Below the pieces are notes generated by a model. It did not search any database. It saw only the letters and a program-made list of their open reading frames with translations, and was not told where the DNA came from. DNA of 44,188 nucleotides from IMG/VR virus record IMGVR_UViG_2541047701_000003, one strand, 5' to 3'. Source of the stretch: a virus (lineage: Duplodnaviria; Heunggongvirae; Uroviricota; Caudoviricetes). A program made the position numbers and the translations under genes. Positions 1 through 9,468 of this stretch are shown piece by piece. Positions within the stretch are counted from its first letter, which is position 1; every line of letters starts with the position of its first letter.

Positions 1-342
1 ATGATGAGAAAAAGTATTCTGGCGTTTCTGTTACTCACCAGTTCTGCAGCTGCGCTGGCGGCACCGCAGGTGATTACCGTCAGCCGTTTTGAAGTGGGTA
101 AAGACAAATGGGCGTTTAATCGCGAAGAGGTGATGCTGACTTGCCGACCGGGTAATGCTTTGTATGTCATTAACCCAAGTACCCTCGTGCAGTATCCTTT
201 AAACGATATCGCACAAAAGGAAGTTGCCAGTGGGAAGACTAAAGCCCAACCCATTTCGGTGATTCAGATTGATGATCCTAACAATCCCGGCGAAAAAATG
301 AGTCTGGCACCGTTTATAGAGCGAGCTGAAAAACTCTGTTAA
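1..342 (+). CDS. yebY: YebY-like secreted protein (DUF2511-type), host gene flanking the prophage
   Basis: 113-aa ORF with N-terminal signal peptide ([23 protein letters not shown]); recalled as near-identical to E. coli YebY, the neighbour of pphA; recall-based. Confidence 0.6.
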   Translation: MMRKSILAFLLLTSSAAALAAPQVITVSRFEVGKDKWAFNREEVMLTCRPGNALYVINPSTLVQYPLNDIAQKEVASGKTKAQPISVIQIDDPNNPGEKMSLAPFIERAEKLC

Positions 343-377
343 TTACCTAAAATAGCCTTTTGATTTCCAATAAAAAA

Positions 378-412
378 CCGCCTCAGTTCTTTCACCAGAA
401 CGGGCGGTTTTT
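378..412 (+). terminator. Rho-independent terminator downstream of yebY
   Basis: Interrupted hairpin CCGCC..GTTCT/AGAAC..GGCGG followed by TTTTT. Confidence 0.5.
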
Positions 413-499
413 AACATTTAAGCTGATGACCACCACGCTTTTTATTGACCATTTTGCACGCAAACTGGAAAACCTGGCGTCGTCATCTATTCTTAAAGA

Positions 500-602
500 G
501 CAAGGCAACTAAGCCTGCATTAATGCCAACTTTTAGCGCACGGCTCTCTCCCAAGAGCCATTTCCCTGGACCGAATACAGGAATCGTATTCGGTCTTTTT
601 TT
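500..602 (+). ncRNA. sdsR: SdsR (RyeB) Hfq-dependent small RNA, 3' end reconstituted by phage sequence; 5' end approximate
   Basis: Sequence ...gcctgcattaatgccaacttttagcgcacggctctctcccaagagccatttccctggaccgaatacaggaatcgtattcggtcttttttt matches my recollection of SdsR including its terminator hairpin CCGAATAC/GTATTCGG plus U-run. Confidence 0.6.
577..602. repeat. attL core (direct repeat shared with attR)
   Basis: acaggaatcgtattcggtcttttttt here versus acaggaatcgtgttcggtctcttttt at 43096..43121; adjacent to integrase gene. Confidence 0.6.
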
Positions 603-637
603 AATTGTATTTAAAATCAATTAGTTGCAACCGTCTC

Positions 638-666
638 CCCGAAATTACTCGAAATTTACTCGAATT
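638..666. promoter_or_regulatory. Candidate integrase arm-type binding sites (left arm)
   Basis: cccgaaatt followed by actcgaaat and actcgaatt between attL core and int; a similar cccgaaatt..actcgaaaa pair occurs at 42952..42980 near attR. Confidence 0.35.
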
Positions 667-733
667 TCTGTATTCCGGTCTTTTTTGGTTATATCACAAC
701 CAAAACACATTTAACAATCCATTTACGTTAAAA

Positions 734-1810
734 TCAGAGCAGTAAGTACGTTTTTTCTCTCTCATCAAGATACATTTTTGTTGTCTTCTCCGATGTGTGG
801 CCAAGTAGACGTTGAGCAAATTCTTCCCCACATGTTTCTTTGTACAATCGTCCAGCCAGGCTTCTGATCTCGTGAAAAGTTGGTGGGTTTTCACTGAACT
901 GGATACCTGTTAATTTTCTGGCTGCGACAAATTTCTTTGTCAGGCCGTCCGGGTGAATGCTGCCGTCAGGGCTGTTTTTTCTAATCCCGGCACTGATTAG
1001 ATAATCCCCCCTACTTACCATGCGGCACTGTTCAACTACTGCACCAAGTCGTAAACCAGCGACAGGAAGGCTGAGTGACAGGGGGATAGCAATCATCATT
1101 CCTGTCTTAATTTGCCTGATGTGGAGACGATCATCATAAATCTCACTGAACCGCATATTTGTTATGTCTTCGCGACGTTGTCCTGTTACAAGGGCTAAGT
1201 CCATAGCTAATGGGAACCATGTCGGAAGTTGATCTGCTGCCTCCCTGATGCAGTTGTATGTCTTTAGTTTCAGCCGTTCTCTTGTAACTACTATTTTCGG
1301 TGCTCTTGTTGGCGTTACTGGATTTTGAGATATACGTCCTTCAACAATGGCCTCGCGGAACATATCAGATAACACAGAACGCATTGATCCTGCCATCGTG
1401 TTTTTCCCTCCTTCAATCCACAAATCAAGAAACTCGGCAATATGGCGAGTGGTTATTTCTGTCAGTAAAACCCCTCCTAATTTTTCTTTTATTGTCTCCA
1501 GTTGATTTACCCGAATTTTATAAGTATTTCTGGACACTTTTCTCCTTATAAGAATCGTTTTGTAACGTTCAATCCAGTCTGCCATAGTAAATGAGTCGAA
1601 CCCTTTTAGTTTTTCAATTAAGGCAGCAGGAGAGTAGTTTTTGTATATATAATGATTTGCTTCAATTGCCTGCGCTACTGCATCTCTTCTTGAAATTTTA
1701 CCTAGTGTAAATTCTTCTTTCGTCAGAGGGTTGCGCCAGTAATATGCTTTGTCCCTCCTTCGATATGTTAAGTTTTTAGGCAAATTGGGATCGTATTTTT
1801 TCCGCTGCAT
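734..1810 (-). CDS. int: Tyrosine integrase, lambda Int family
   Basis: 358 aa; alignable by eye to lambda Int along its length ([29 protein letters not shown]-terminal catalytic motifs); adjacent to attL. Confidence 0.85.
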
Positions 1811-2057
1811 GTTTTAACTTCTCCAGTAACGGACTGTCTCTCCCTTGTCGCCCATTAGGCTGATGGTGTGTTATATCGGTATCAACCTTATTTGGGTTGA
1901 TATAGAAAGCTTCCGGAACCACCCTGTAACTCCTCCCGTGTAGTTCAGGTGCAGGATAAATGTTTCCATTCCTTGCCCATCGTCTCAGCGTTGATATTGA
2001 TGGTGGGTTATCCGGATATCTGAGTTTTCCCCACGTTTTGAGTGTCACAAGATTCAT
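1776..2057 (-). CDS. xis: Excisionase (Xis-like)
   Basis: Small basic protein immediately upstream of and overlapping int; start chosen at second ATG (MNLVTL...) which has AAGAGG at suitable spacing. Confidence 0.6.
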   Translation of the reverse strand: MNLVTLKTWGKLRYPDNPPSISTLRRWARNGNIYPAPELHGRSYRVVPEAFYINPNKVDTDITHHQPNGRQGRDSPLLEKLKHAAEKIRSQFA

Positions 2058-2163
2058 TGCCATACCTCTTACGATATGACCGCCAGTAAATATACAGAAT
2101 ACTGGCGGGTGTGGTTGATTTTTAATAATCAGCTATGAAGTTCTAATTTGTATATAATGCAAC

Positions 2164-2352
2164 TCACGAGGACAGAAGTTTCTCGCAATTAAAATTTATC
2201 AGCTTTACTTTCTGCTCTCTGGACACGCCTGCTTCTTTTTTCCCTGAGAGCATTTTTTCGCATTCTGATTTCGTTAATTTAGATTTTGAATATCTTGTCC
2301 AGTTAGTAGGAGTGCCACCTTCTTTTTCAATAGTGGCAGTTATTTTATACAT
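2164..2352 (-). CDS. Hypothetical small protein (position equivalent to Rac ydaC)
   Basis: 62 aa from ATG with GGAGG SD; overlaps stop of upstream Lar gene by 8 nt. Confidence 0.4.
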   Translation of the reverse strand: MYKITATIEKEGGTPTNWTRYSKSKLTKSECEKMLSGKKEAGVSREQKVKLINFNCEKLLSS

Positions 2353-2554
2353 GAACACCTCCATTATTATTTCCAGTAGTTCGTTTATTCCATCTTTCGA
2401 GTGCTTCTTTTTCACTTCCACCATAGCCAGTTCGGGATTCGCATCCGTTGCATTTTGCCCGGTAATATCCTGAAATGGCTTTCACCGTTACTGATGGACA
2501 ACCACAAAACGGACATGGTTTGACTTTTTCATACCGCATTGTCTTTTCTCTCAT
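2345..2554 (-). CDS. Lar-family restriction alleviation protein (zinc ribbon)
   Basis: 69 aa with CPFCG...C..C motif and WNKR, as remembered for Lar/RalR family. Confidence 0.6.
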   Translation of the reverse strand: MREKTMRYEKVKPCPFCGCPSVTVKAISGYYRAKCNGCESRTGYGGSEKEALERWNKRTTGNNNGGVHV

Positions 2555-2602
2555 AAAATAAAGTTTTGTTATGGCGGTGAGGCTACACCGCCATAGTAAA
2601 TA

Positions 2603-3655
2603 TCAGGAGCCGATATATTCTGGTTTCATATCTGTCAGTGTCGTTTTATACGCCTCATATAATTCTCCCAGATGTGGTCGTGCAGCATTCAGCGTATTTT
2701 CCAGAGCAATAAATTTTTGTTCTGCTTCTGGATCACCTGATGAAGGCAGGTCATTTATCATCTTCTCAATACGGGCAATAGCATTGAGACGGTGATGACG
2801 CTGAACCACTTTTCCTTTAAGTTCTGTGTAGAGAGCGCCAAGTGTATTTTTATGATCTTCCACTTCCTGGCGAAGTGCTGTTGTTTCTCCGGTGCTTTGT
2901 GCCTGCTCAATACGTTCACGGAAAGCACTGATCCAGTTTTCCCCGGCATCCTGCTCAATAATTGTTGTTTCACGTTCCGCACGGCAGGCGGATGTGTTTT
3001 TATGTTCCTGAACCGGATTAATGATTTTTTCCTGTGGTTCGTCCAGTTCGTCCCGGGTGTACACTCCAAGAATCACTTCAGGGCAATAAAGGCGCGCCCA
3101 GCGTTTCAGAGCCAGATAGGCAAGCTGCTGGCGAGGATCATCGGCCCATAACGTTGAGTTACGTGTTCTGGCCTGCGCCAGAAGTAACTCCAGTACGCGT
3201 GGCTTGCTCTCTCCGCGTAGTGTTGCCTGGACGCGAACACCGATCCCGTTTTCATCGGCCAGCTTCCAGCCAGGTACACGATATTCTTTCCCCTTGTCGT
3301 TCTTCCTGATTTCAAATTTCCCGATAATTTTTTCCCACGGCCCGAACCAGTCATATTCAATACGCCCGGTTAGCGGCCCACGAGTACTGATTACGGCATT
3401 AACCAGTTGCGCTTCATATCCGAGCACACCATTCACAACGAAAGTTTTCTGAGCTACTGCGTAAGGGTTCATTTGCCACTGCATCGCCTGCATGGTGATG
3501 GCCATGCAGTCTGATGGATTTCCCCGGAGGTGTTCCGGTACAGTAGCCATGCCGGAAGCCATTACCTGGGAAAATGTCTGAATTGCAGCCAGGGACTGAG
3601 GGCTGAAAACCGCAACATTAGAGTTAATATTTTCTTGTTGAGTTAATTCGTTCAT
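2603..3655 (-). CDS. Phage single-strand annealing recombinase (RecT/Red-beta-like)
   Basis: 350 aa directly downstream of recE; segment RQQLAYLALKRWARLYCPEVILGVYTRDELDE resembles the conserved Red-beta region; GGAAGGA SD. Confidence 0.6.
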   Translation of the reverse strand: MNELTQQENINSNVAVFSPQSLAAIQTFSQVMASGMATVPEHLRGNPSDCMAITMQAMQWQMNPYAVAQKTFVVNGVLGYEAQLVNAVISTRGPLTGRIEYDWFGPWEKIIGKFEIRKNDKGKEYRVPGWKLADENGIGVRVQATLRGESKPRVLELLLAQARTRNSTLWADDPRQQLAYLALKRWARLYCPEVILGVYTRDELDEPQEKIINPVQEHKNTSACRAERETTIIEQDAGENWISAFRERIEQAQSTGETTALRQEVEDHKNTLGALYTELKGKVVQRHHRLNAIARIEKMINDLPSSGDPEAEQKFIALENTLNAARPHLGELYEAYKTTLTDMKPEYIGS

Positions 3656-3666
3656 TGTGTCCTTCC

Positions 3667-6600
3667 TCAGATGCTCAGTGCTTCAAGACGACGAAGATCA
3701 AAGTCGTTTAATTCGTCGGTATAACTTTCGGTAATCGGTGCTGGCCAGTTGTTTGTCTCCAGAGCTTCGTTTATCTGTCGTAGTGTCCGGCGATATTCCT
3801 GTCGACCAAGTTCCAGGAGTTCCTGCGAGGCTTCCACGACGGCCACCCAGTGATAGCCAGCATCTTTGTTGACGAAGATCCAGAAAAATTTGTCCAGGTT
3901 TGCCACATCGCAATACATTGCTGCGCTGAGGTGATAATCACGTTCAATAATTTCACGGTGCAGGCGATCTTTCAGTCGTTCCTGTCGCACATAACCGAGG
4001 CTGACTGACTTCACGTCGGCGCAAATGCTTTCGTATGGCAGCCGGATTTCGATATCAGGACGGACCCTGATTTCCAGCCCGGTTTCTTCATCAAACCCGA
4101 AATAGCTGATTTCAGATTTGCGATCCGGGTGGTTGAGTAGCCTTGCTGCATCGGTATTGTTTTGCAGTGCCGCGTGAATATTTTTTGCCTGTTCATACAT
4201 ATCCGGACTGATAAACGTTTTCCCGGCGTTTTCTTCTTGCTGGCGTTTTTGCCAGTCCTCCAGCGTCACCAGTTCCGGGCGAATTTTCCGCGCGATTTCG
4301 GTTAATTGCTCTTTTGTGCCACTGATGTTGTAAGGCAAAGATTTAGCACGTTCTTTTTTTGCCAGTTCTGGGTCTACAGCTTCAATTTGATCCAGAAGCT
4401 GCTCCCGTGCTCCACTGGTTTTCAACAGAGGAGGGAGGCTTGCGTTGTATTCTTTAATACAGGCTTTCATTGCTGATGCTGTGTGTTTTTCCCCCTCAGG
4501 AATACGCCGAAATTCCACCGGAAGCGAACCGTAAAGGATGCCTGTTTCTTCGGCCCCAGCACTTATAGACAGTGGCTGTATAAGAGTGCTGTTGTAGCTT
4601 TCGATCCACTCTTTCATCTGCTCTGGTGTCATCAGTGCTGGCAGACTGGCATTGTGTTTTTTAATGATGGCGATCAGTTCGTTAGAAGTAGTAACCACAT
4701 ATTCAGGAACCGGTACCGGAATGGCATATTCATCAGCGAATTTATCCGTTTCCAGAACATAGCTGTGAATGATCCGCCCACGCAGCAGTGCATCACTTTC
4801 CTCGTTCGGAATAGTTCCGGCAATGTGCCGCCCGTGGTAATACATCAGGCTGATACGGGCATCCTTCAGCATCGTGCTGCTTATTCCGTTGGCGGAGTGA
4901 TAAACCTCGTTCGGGAGGTTTTCATAGCGGCCAGGCTCGAAATATGATGGCCACATGATTTCAGTTACTACAGGTGCTGTCGCTTCACCAGTTTCATCAC
5001 CGCAATCGCGATGCAGATCGCTGCCAGCATTCTCATTGTGCGGATGTTCAGGGCCTTCCATTTCCTCCGGCTCTTTTTCCTGAGATTCATCCAGATTTTC
5101 TTCATTAAAGGTTTCCTGATACGTTGCGTCGCCCATCACCGCGCCACAGTCAGGACAGTTGCCGCCGCCAGTCTGACCGCAGGCGGTGCAAACTTTCTCC
5201 GTTTCCTGTTGTTGCACTACTGGCTCAGGCTGTTTCGTTTCTGGCTCGTTTTGTTGCGTATTTGGGTCGTTCTGTTCCGTTTCTGGCTGATTCTGGTACA
5301 CAGAATCGCGGGTCTGGATCCCCTTAACCCATTTCGGATCATTCGGGTCGCTAATCCCTTCAACAAATTCTCCGCGAGAGGCAGCCAGTAATTTGTCTGC
5401 ATCGACAGGATTTTTGGGCGGAATGTTTTTCCGGGCTTCATAGAGTTCTGCCCGCAGTTTCTGATATTTCGCATCAACAGAATTTACCTGTGACTGAGCA
5501 TCCAGCGGCTGCGTGTCCTGATGATGTTCAGTTGCATCCGGTTCCACTGTTTCAGCCGTTGCCTGTTCATCTGCCATTGCGCAAGATGGTTGCAGTTTTT
5601 CTTCATCATCCTGTTTTTCTTCTTCTGTTACACGCTGCGGCATCGGGGCAGAGGAACGACCGCAGGCAATATCCACGATTTCTGGATCAGGGTTGGCATG
5701 ATCAGTTTCAGTCAGTACTTTGTTAAGATATTCAGTGACGTGTGCGGGGATAACCTCGATCCCAATTGGTGCTTCTTTTACGGACGCAACCACGATGGCG
5801 CGGGAATAATCCAGCCCGCCAGGCATGGTGATGAATTTGTCGCGGAAAACAGAAAAGGGCGGTTTATTTTCAGCGATAATTTCCTCGACACGTTTAGCGT
5901 GTGCCGGATGAAGGTTATAAATGTCCACGTCCATTGAACGAGCCAGTACGCCAGTCGCTACGTCGCGCGCCAGTGACGTCAGATCGTGAACGAAACCTTC
6001 GCCGCGATCGGTGAGGTTCCCGCCGCCAGCATTAGCGCCGGAAGCCGTGCGCGTGATGCATGAAACACGATTTCCTTTCATCCACTCTTTTGTCAGCAGA
6101 CCGCGATCGGTGTAGTCTGCGTCCAGGTATGCTTCGAAAAAAGCAGTCATCAGCCCCAGGCTTGAATTGCCTGGATTAGGGAAAACTCTGTCAGTATCAC
6201 GCACCAGTTTGTGGAGATCGCGAATTTCCAGCGGGTCGAGCAGGCTGGTTTTGTGGGAAACAGCCAGGGCAGTAACAGCTGGTAGTTCTTCAGCTCGTGC
6301 AATGTGTAATGCCTGTAGTTCGTCGCGTGAAACGTGCGTTACCGGTTTTTCGCTGCCGTGTTGAGCAAGCCAGCGAATGGGCAGCTCCTGACCGGAAATC
6401 GGGAGTAGCATATTCTCCTCAATCTCCGTCATGTCTTCGCCATTAACATTGGTATTGTCAGTGCTGGCTGGTTTGTCCTGCGCAGAGGATGAGGGCGTGA
6501 TAAATACCATTGTGATGCCATCTTCCCCGCCTTTTTCGTAACGGTTGCAGAATTCCGTATCAAATACGCCTTCTGGTGGAAGGTCATCAACAACGGGCAA

Positions 6601-6795
6601 ATTGACGCGAACAGGTTTTTTAAAGTCATCTTCATCGTAGCCAGCATCGTCAATCGCAACAGCACCACGGGAGATGGCAATGGATAATTTTTTCGCTTCA
6701 GCCCAGTAGAAACCGCCTTTAATACCGAGACGTTTTCTTACTTTGTCATTTTTTGCTTCGTAATACAGTGGGTAAACTTGTTTATCGGTGCTCAT
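3667..6795 (-). CDS. recE: Exodeoxyribonuclease VIII (RecE-like)
   Basis: 1042 aa; long stretches ([43 protein letters not shown]...) recalled as RecE of Rac; C-terminal nuclease domain. Confidence 0.7.
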   Translation of the reverse strand: MSTDKQVYPLYYEAKNDKVRKRLGIKGGFYWAEAKKLSIAISRGAVAIDDAGYDEDDFKKPVRVNLPVVDDLPPEGVFDTEFCNRYEKGGEDGITMVFITPSSSAQDKPASTDNTNVNGEDMTEIEENMLLPISGQELPIRWLAQHGSEKPVTHVSRDELQALHIARAEELPAVTALAVSHKTSLLDPLEIRDLHKLVRDTDRVFPNPGNSSLGLMTAFFEAYLDADYTDRGLLTKEWMKGNRVSCITRTASGANAGGGNLTDRGEGFVHDLTSLARDVATGVLARSMDVDIYNLHPAHAKRVEEIIAENKPPFSVFRDKFITMPGGLDYSRAIVVASVKEAPIGIEVIPAHVTEYLNKVLTETDHANPDPEIVDIACGRSSAPMPQRVTEEEKQDDEEKLQPSCAMADEQATAETVEPDATEHHQDTQPLDAQSQVNSVDAKYQKLRAELYEARKNIPPKNPVDADKLLAASRGEFVEGISDPNDPKWVKGIQTRDSVYQNQPETEQNDPNTQQNEPETKQPEPVVQQQETEKVCTACGQTGGGNCPDCGAVMGDATYQETFNEENLDESQEKEPEEMEGPEHPHNENAGSDLHRDCGDETGEATAPVVTEIMWPSYFEPGRYENLPNEVYHSANGISSTMLKDARISLMYYHGRHIAGTIPNEESDALLRGRIIHSYVLETDKFADEYAIPVPVPEYVVTTSNELIAIIKKHNASLPALMTPEQMKEWIESYNSTLIQPLSISAGAEETGILYGSLPVEFRRIPEGEKHTASAMKACIKEYNASLPPLLKTSGAREQLLDQIEAVDPELAKKERAKSLPYNISGTKEQLTEIARKIRPELVTLEDWQKRQQEENAGKTFISPDMYEQAKNIHAALQNNTDAARLLNHPDRKSEISYFGFDEETGLEIRVRPDIEIRLPYESICADVKSVSLGYVRQERLKDRLHREIIERDYHLSAAMYCDVANLDKFFWIFVNKDAGYHWVAVVEASQELLELGRQEYRRTLRQINEALETNNWPAPITESYTDELNDFDLRRLEALSI

Positions 6796-6894
6796 TGTTT
6801 TTTAACCTCAACTCAGATTAAAATTAATGCGAGTGATGAATAAATGTCCCAGGTTCTTCACTCAGGCCTGCACAGTGTGCAGGCTTTCTTTTTT

Positions 6895-7170
6895 TCAGAT
6901 TTCACCTTTTAATTTCATTGCAATCAGAGTTGCCAGAAATTCGGCTTTTTTTTCTGCGGGCAGATTCTTTCCTATGTGCACCAGACACATTTTTTTAACA
7001 CCATCGTTAAGTGTTTTAACGTTGCCTGATGGACCGTCGATATCAACCACAGTGAATGGGGTTTCTTTATTTTCTGTCTTAATCACGTAGCCAATACGCT
7101 TTCCTTCCAGGGTAACTTCGTGAACAATGTCATCAGTAGTAACAACAGTGGCTTCATAACTGGTAATCAT
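6895..7170 (-). CDS. RacC-like hypothetical protein
   Basis: 91 aa from ATG with AAGGAGAAAAAC SD; size and position match racC of Rac. Confidence 0.45.
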   Translation of the reverse strand: MITSYEATVVTTDDIVHEVTLEGKRIGYVIKTENKETPFTVVDIDGPSGNVKTLNDGVKKMCLVHIGKNLPAEKKAEFLATLIAMKLKGEI

Positions 7171-7244
7171 GTTTTTCTCCTTAATTAAGGTTGAGCGAAT
7201 CCCTGCCATTGCTGGCATAAATTCAGTTTCGGATAGTCAGTTAA

Positions 7245-7415
7245 TTAAAGTTCGTGTGCCATCTGGTCTTTTTCGGCACAGATTTCACTACAATATTTTT
7301 TCATTTCCGTCGTTGGTATAACTCCACGCATGAAATGAAGTGGTCTTGTAATGATTTTGCTCTCTTCAATTTCTTTATTGCAAAGGTGATAAGCACATTT
7401 TATTTTCTTAGTCAT
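7245..7415 (-). CDS. YdaE-like small zinc-ribbon protein (not in supplied ORF track, below 60 aa)
   Basis: 56-aa [23 protein letters not shown]...CSEICAEKDQMAHEL with two CxxxC pairs; ATG overlaps the kilR stop (TAATG coupling). Confidence 0.5.
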   Translation of the reverse strand: MTKKIKCAYHLCNKEIEESKIITRPLHFMRGVIPTTEMKKYCSEICAEKDQMAHEL

Positions 7416-7636
7416 TACCATGACTCCGCCTTTACAGGTAAACCATCACGACCGAGGAAGACTCTAATCATGCAGTCAGAAATGCATGTTTTTGTAGTCA
7501 GGCTACGAATATAAAGTTTTCGCTTTTTAATATTGTTTGCCGAGGCGATATATGTCCGACCTTCATGAAGAACATAATCGCCAGGGGTCACACACTGACG
7601 TGGTATTTCATCAGTTCCGAAGTGATGAGCAATCAT
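7415..7636 (-). CDS. kilR: KilR-like FtsZ inhibitor (Rac kil)
   Basis: 73 aa from [44 protein letters not shown]..., recalled as near-identical to Rac KilR; GGAG SD before this ATG. Confidence 0.7.
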   Translation of the reverse strand: MIAHHFGTDEIPRQCVTPGDYVLHEGRTYIASANNIKKRKLYIRSLTTKTCISDCMIRVFLGRDGLPVKAESW

Positions 7637-7988
7637 AATTATCTCCATTTTTACAAATGAATTTTGTCGATGCGGTGCCTGGTGCCTCCAGGTGACGTTA
7701 ACCAGTTAACAATTAACGCCGGATAATCCACCCATAACACTGATGCTTTTAACTGTGCCGCGTGCGCTTAGCCGCATTCACCGCATCACAAAATTCACTT
7801 TAAAAAGGGGCGGCAGGGCAGCCACGGAGTAGAACTGATGCCGCCAAAGACTACACATAGCAATGTCGTTATTTACAACCGGAGGCGCACTCCCACCATT
7901 TAAATTTAACAGACAAGACCGACTCTTTATGAATACCGGAAATGCGCCTTCGTGTTGTGCGCCTGTCTTTTTACCACTTCAGGCTCGG

Positions 7989-7997
7989 TGGTATACT
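7989..7997 (+). promoter_or_regulatory. Extended -10 promoter element (TGgTATACT) upstream of the 8032 gene
   Basis: TGGTATACT about 35 nt upstream of the ATG at 8032. Confidence 0.4.
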
Positions 7998-8031
7998 GGA
8001 GTTCTCACACAACCAGTAATAAGGTATTCCG

Positions 8032-8226
8032 ATGGATAATAAAGACAAAGCCTGGCTACTTGCTTTAGCTTTCAGCATCAGATCGCAGCGAGAAACAACT
8101 CATCAAGAATTTTTCTCGGAAATCGAGAATGCTGAGAATGAGTTTTTGTCACTACTCAATGAACGTGATGCTAAAAAAAGCGCCGATTCACTTAAGGCTT
8201 GGGCGAAACTAGGCTCTTCAAAATAA
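8032..8226 (+). CDS. Hypothetical small protein, opposite strand to the early-left operon
   Basis: 64-aa ORF with own promoter-like element; predicted helical/amphipathic. Confidence 0.4.
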   Translation: MDNKDKAWLLALAFSIRSQRETTHQEFFSEIENAENEFLSLLNERDAKKSADSLKAWAKLGSSK

Positions 8227-8410
8227 TTGCTTCTGTAGCGGCATGAACAACTGTTTTTGCCGCCTCTTCAACTTCCTTGTCTGGACGACCAGCCTTTACT
8301 TTTTCTGCAATGACATCCAGCACAGTTGGAAGAACCTTGCTAATAAGCATGGCTGCCACATCTTTGCTGCACAATTGACCGTTAATAACAACCAGATCTT
8401 CACCAACCAT
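8192..8410 (-). CDS. Hypothetical small protein
   Basis: 72 aa from ATG with AAGGGG SD (MVGEDLVVINGQLCSK...); 3' end overlaps the convergent 8032..8226 ORF by 35 nt. Confidence 0.45.
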   Translation of the reverse strand: MVGEDLVVINGQLCSKDVAAMLISKVLPTVLDVIAEKVKAGRPDKEVEEAAKTVVHAATEAIILKSLVSPKP

Positions 8411-8653
8411 CTTTTTTCCCCTTAACGCCGGGTGGCGGAACGTTTTATCTACTGCGCTTTGTATCAATCAACAACTGCCGTCATGTTCGTATGCCTCAGG
8501 CTGGCTACTTAGCCCTGTTCAGTGGCTGGATAACTCGAGGTATTGTCCTGCCGTTCTCTGGTGGGGCGTTGTTTGGATATGCTTATTAAACACAATGCGT
8601 TTTCTTATGTCAACACGAAATGTGTTTTATGGTGAGTGTCATATGATGATGGT

Positions 8654-8679
8654 ACAAAAAAGCCCGCTGATAGCGGGCT
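8654..8679 (-). terminator. Rho-independent terminator after the repressor gene
   Basis: On minus strand AGCCCGC-tatca-GCGGGCT followed by TTTTTT. Confidence 0.5.
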
Positions 8680-8709
8680 GATTGGCATATTACTGTGATA
8701 GCAAGATCA

Positions 8710-9129
8710 TTACTCCGGTGGGGGATTATCTTTAAGCCTGCCTCTCAAATATTTTTCTACATACTCATCGATTTCTTTTAGCCGGACTTCAAATAGCTCA
8801 ATCATTCGTTGTTGTTCTGAGCCCGGTAGCTGGTTAAACAACTCAAGAAGTTTTCGTTGGGATTCATTTAACCACAATTCAGAAGATTCCTGTTCTCCAA
8901 ATAGGAGCTCAGGAGGAGATATGCCAAGTGCCTTTCCCAATACGACAGCGTCATGCACTCCAACATTTCTGCTGCCCGCCTCATAGTTACCTATACGCGA
9001 TTGCGTCCATCCGCAGATTTCAGCAAGTTTTCCTTGAGATAAACCAAGCTTCTGCCTGCGCTCTTTAAGACGCATTGCAATTTTGTCATTGAGCCTACTA
9101 GCGGCAATTTTTTCGTTTTCTTTTTCCAT
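8710..9129 (-). CDS. Prophage repressor, XRE-family HTH (cI/RacR-like)
   Basis: 139 aa; HTH LGLSQGKLAEICGWTQSRIGNYEAG; divergent from Cro-like gene across an operator-containing intergenic region. Confidence 0.7.
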   Translation of the reverse strand: MEKENEKIAASRLNDKIAMRLKERRQKLGLSQGKLAEICGWTQSRIGNYEAGSRNVGVHDAVVLGKALGISPPELLFGEQESSELWLNESQRKLLELFNQLPGSEQQRMIELFEVRLKEIDEYVEKYLRGRLKDNPPPE

Positions 9130-9140
9130 TGCATCCTTGT

Positions 9141-9155
9141 ATCACGAATCGTGAT
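9141..9155. promoter_or_regulatory. Candidate operator palindrome in the divergent promoter region
   Basis: ATCACGA-A-TCGTGAT perfect palindrome; second palindrome ACACA-agg-TGTGT at 9188..9200; TTGACC -35-like at 9177..9182. Confidence 0.45.
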
Positions 9156-9225
9156 TTATATAAAACACAAAACAGCTTGACCATATAACACAAGGTGTGT
9201 TTAAAATTGTCATCGGAGGTTTTCA

Positions 9226-9468
9226 ATGAACAAAATTTCAACATATCGAAAACAGCTTGGGCTGTCTCAAAGACAACTTGCTGTTCAGTTAGGGTGGATA
9301 CAAAGCCGACTGGCAAATTACGAAGCAAATTTTCGTACCCCTGGACTAGAGGAGTGCAGAAAAATTGTTTCTACCCTTAATCGGCTTGGCGCTCATTGTG
9401 GACTTGACGATGTATTCCCCCCAGACGGTAAGCATAGCGAAAACAGCATAGGAGCGGTTGATTCATGA
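9226..9468 (+). CDS. Cro-like HTH regulator (YdaS-like)
   Basis: 80 aa; HTH LGLSQRQLAVQLGWIQSRLANYEA; GGAGG SD; first gene rightward of operator region. Confidence 0.6.
   Translation: MNKISTYRKQLGLSQRQLAVQLGWIQSRLANYEANFRTPGLEECRKIVSTLNRLGAHCGLDDVFPPDGKHSENSIGAVDS

Noticed and set aside
2091-2119. Hairpin CCGCCAGTA-n11-TACTGGCGG between the ydaC-like gene and xis
   Set aside because: No adjacent T-run on the minus (coding) strand, so not a convincing terminator; it could be a recombinase or regulatory binding site but there is no evidence to call it.
3698-6680. Multiple 60-150 aa ORFs in other frames and on the opposite strand of recE
   Set aside because: All are nested inside the 1042-aa recE reading frame, lack RBS and have biased compositions; treated as shadow ORFs.
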